Below are positions 61,548 through 64,000 of a stretch of DNA of 64,000 nt, in pieces. The DNA comes from an uncultured Actinomycetota bacterium (GTDB lineage Bacteria; Actinomycetota; Actinomycetes; JAHEKZ01), in the NCBI GenBank assembly GCA_963829525.1, contig CAWHIJ010000003.1:2496001-2560000 (forward strand), in the 5' to 3' direction. The first letter of the stretch is position 1. The number at the start of each line of letters is the position of its first letter. A program made the translations under genes and the position numbers. The notes under the pieces were generated by a model. The model saw only the letters and a program-made list of their open reading frames with translations, was not told the DNA's origin and searched no databases.

Positions 61548-62955
61548 ATGAACTCCTCGTTGGTTGCGCTGGTCGAACAGGTTGATCACCTGCTCGACGC
61601 TGCCACCCACGCCGTCACCGGCGATGCGAGGAACGACGCCGTCAATGACGGTGACACTGGCCAGGCCGGTGGCCTGTCCGATGAGCAGCTACGCCAGGTT
61701 CTGGTCAGGTTGGAGCAGGTCGTCAACCGGGCACAGGCGATTCAGGCTGACGCGATGGTGCAGATGGGGGTCCGGGCGCGGGCCGCTGACCAGGCTGAAG
61801 TGGTTGCCGGTGGTGGGCCGATGTGGTCGCAGCAGTGCCGCGAAACGTATGTTCCCGATGAGATCGGGGTGCTGCTGGGGTGGACGAAGATGGCTGCGAA
61901 CGTCCGGTACGGCACTGCCTGCCAGGCCGTCCAGATGCCGGTGGTGGGCCGGGCGTGGCGATCCGGACTGCTGGACATCCGGAAGGTCGCGACCATCTGT
62001 GAGCAGGTCAGCCACCTCGACGCTGCTGACGCCCAGGCGTTGGCTGCGGACGGGGTCGGGTATGCCACTGACCCCGGCAGGTCCCGGACGGCCCCGCAGT
62101 TGCGGGAGTGGCTGCGCCGCCGGGTTATCGCGGCCAACCCTGAAGCGGCCGAGGTTCGCCGGCAACAAGCCATGGGGGACCGGCGGGTGGTCATCACCCC
62201 CGGTGAGGACGGCATGAGTGAGCTGTGGGCGCTGCTCCCCTCGGTGCAGGCCAGACAGATCCAGACAGCGCTGACCAGCTGCGCCCAGCAGATGGGCGCA
62301 GCCGGTGATGCGCGGAGCATGGACCAACGCCGCGCCGACACGATGGTCGACCTGCTCCTCGGACGCGCCGAGCCCACCGGCGGTGAACCTGCAGGTGATC
62401 GTGCCCGCCGACACGATCACCGGAGACAGCGACTAACCCGGCTGGGTGCCCGGACTCGGCCCCGTCACCGCCACCGAAATCAACGAGCTCATCGCAACCG
62501 GTGCAGGAACCGGTGACCGTGAAACGGCTGGTGACGAGCGGCGGCGTGTTGGCGTCGGGGTCGGATCCCAGGTGACCTTCCGTCGGCTGTTCACCGACCC
62601 GACCACCGGGATCCTGACCGACCTAGCCGAGAAACGCTACCGGCCGTCGGCAGGGCTGGACCGGGCCGTCCGCGCCCGGGATGTGACCTGCCGGTTCCCC
62701 GGCTGCCGCCGCTCCGCCGACAGCTCCGGCACCGACCTCGACCACACCGTGCCCTGGCCGCAAGGCCCCACCGCAGCGACCAACCTCGCTGTCCTGTGCC
62801 GGCGGCACCACCGCCTCAAACACACCCCCGGATGGAACGCCGAACTCCACCCCACCGGCACCATGACCTGGACCACCCCCACCGGACGCGAAGCTACCTC
62901 ACCCAACCCTGGCAATACACCAACCCCGACCCACCACCCCGTGATTAGCGCGTGA
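61548..62955 (+). CDS. DUF222 / HNH endonuclease (Rv1128c, REP13E12-like), frameshift near 62375
   Basis: DARSMDQRRADTMVDL; ARDVTCRFPGC...DLDHTVPW..GPT...NLAVLCRRHHRLKH. Confidence 0.88.
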
Positions 62956-62974
62956 GTTTCGCTACCGTCGCTTC

Positions 62975-63541
62975 ATGCCCGCCGTTCCCGCGCTCGCGGT
63001 GCCCGAACTCACGGTGCCCGGACTCGCCGAGGGACGCATCGTGCTGCGCCAGTGGCGCCTGACCGATGCCGATCTCACTGCGGTCGTCCGGGCTGCTCGC
63101 GATCCCGACATCGCCCGCTTCTCCAGCGTCGGGTCAGCGACCAGCGCAGAGCTCGCGGCTGCGTGGGTGCAGGCCCGCGATGAGTGGGACCGGCTCGACT
63201 GGGTGATCACGACACCCACCGAGATTTTGGGCAGGGTCAGCCTCCGGCAGATCGACCTTGCGGACGGGGTCGCTGAGGTGGGCTACTGGCTGCTGCCCAA
63301 GCACCGCGGTCATGGCATCGCAACAGCGGCCGTCGGAAGCGTCGAACAGCACGCCTTCGGTCATCTGGGCCTGGGGCGGCTCGTCATTCGCCACGAACCG
63401 CAGAACGACCGATCGTGCCTATTGGCTCAACGATGTGGGTACGTGGTCGAGGGAACTCAACGGGGAGCCTTTGAGCGTGAAGGCAAACGGCGAGACCTGC
63501 ATGTCCATGCGCGGCTGGCTACGGATTCGCCGGTGCTGTGA
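62975..63541 (+). CDS. GNAT (RimJ/RimL) acetyltransferase
   Basis: [17 protein letters not shown]; [13 protein letters not shown]. Confidence 0.88.
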   Translation: MPAVPALAVPELTVPGLAEGRIVLRQWRLTDADLTAVVRAARDPDIARFSSVGSATSAELAAAWVQARDEWDRLDWVITTPTEILGRVSLRQIDLADGVAEVGYWLLPKHRGHGIATAAVGSVEQHAFGHLGLGRLVIRHEPQNDRSCLLAQRCGYVVEGTQRGAFEREGKRRDLHVHARLATDSPVL

Positions 63542-64000
63542 TCGCCTCACCGAGGCCGAACGCGAGGTTGCCCGCAGGCCGGACGATCACGCTGGCGAGC
63601 CCCAGCCAGTCAGCCAGGCGGTGCAGTTCAGCGGCGAGCCGCACAGCCGTCTCGGCAGGAGCGTCCGGTTCGCTCCAGGCGCTCTGCACGAGAAGTACCC
63701 CGCTCTGGCGATCGGCCTTGAGGTCGACGCGCGCCACCAGAGAGTCGTCGAGCAGGAACGGAAGCACGTAGTAGCCATGCACCCGCTTGGGTGCGGGCAC
63801 GTAGATCTCGATCCGGTACCGGAAGCCAAACAGCCACTCGGTGCGACCTCGCTCCCATACGACGGGATCGAACGGCGAGAGCAGTGCCGCTCGGCTGATT
63901 CGACGCGGAAACGCGGCAGCTGGGTCGAGAAAGGCGGGGGACTTCCACCCCTCGACAGCAACCGGCAGCAGATCACCGGCCTCGACCAGCTCAGGGATCC
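63519..64000 (-). CDS. YcaQ/AlkZ-like winged-helix protein, 5'-truncated by window edge
   Basis: LLSPFDP..WER...[36 protein letters not shown]. Confidence 0.87.
   Translation of the reverse strand, partial: IPELVEAGDLLPVAVEGWKSPAFLDPAAAFPRRISRAALLSPFDPVVWERGRTEWLFGFRYRIEIYVPAPKRVHGYYVLPFLLDDSLVARVDLKADRQSGVLLVQSAWSEPDAPAETAVRLAAELHRLADWLGLASVIVRPAGNLAFGLGEAITAPANP

Overview
High-GC actinomycete chromosome window. The right two-thirds is a largely standard secA ... Tad/Flp pilus ... prfB-ftsE-ftsX-M23-S41-smpB region. The tmRNA gene (ssrA, 4425-4793, minus strand) lies about 24 kb from smpB, and a 21-bp copy of its 3' end at 1085-1105 bounds a small integrase-less island (two quinone-oxidoreductase-like genes plus TetR). 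The most striking locus lies between smpB and ssrA: a minus-strand run encoding a half-GAF/PP2C/RsbW-like kinase fusion, two STAS proteins, one conserved hypothetical, and seven translationally coupled paralogous multi-pass membrane proteins, divergent from a BTAD-ATPase-TPR regulator. Each membrane paralog stops after what looks like the first part of a GAF domain, and the phosphatase starts with what looks like the rest. This suggests a split-receptor system with many interchangeable sensors and one shared output enzyme (inference). The paralogs are mosaics, with near-identical DNA patches indicating recent recombination or gene conversion. Several genes carry single frameshifts that may be assembly indels. 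All family calls come from motif recognition by eye; no searches were run.
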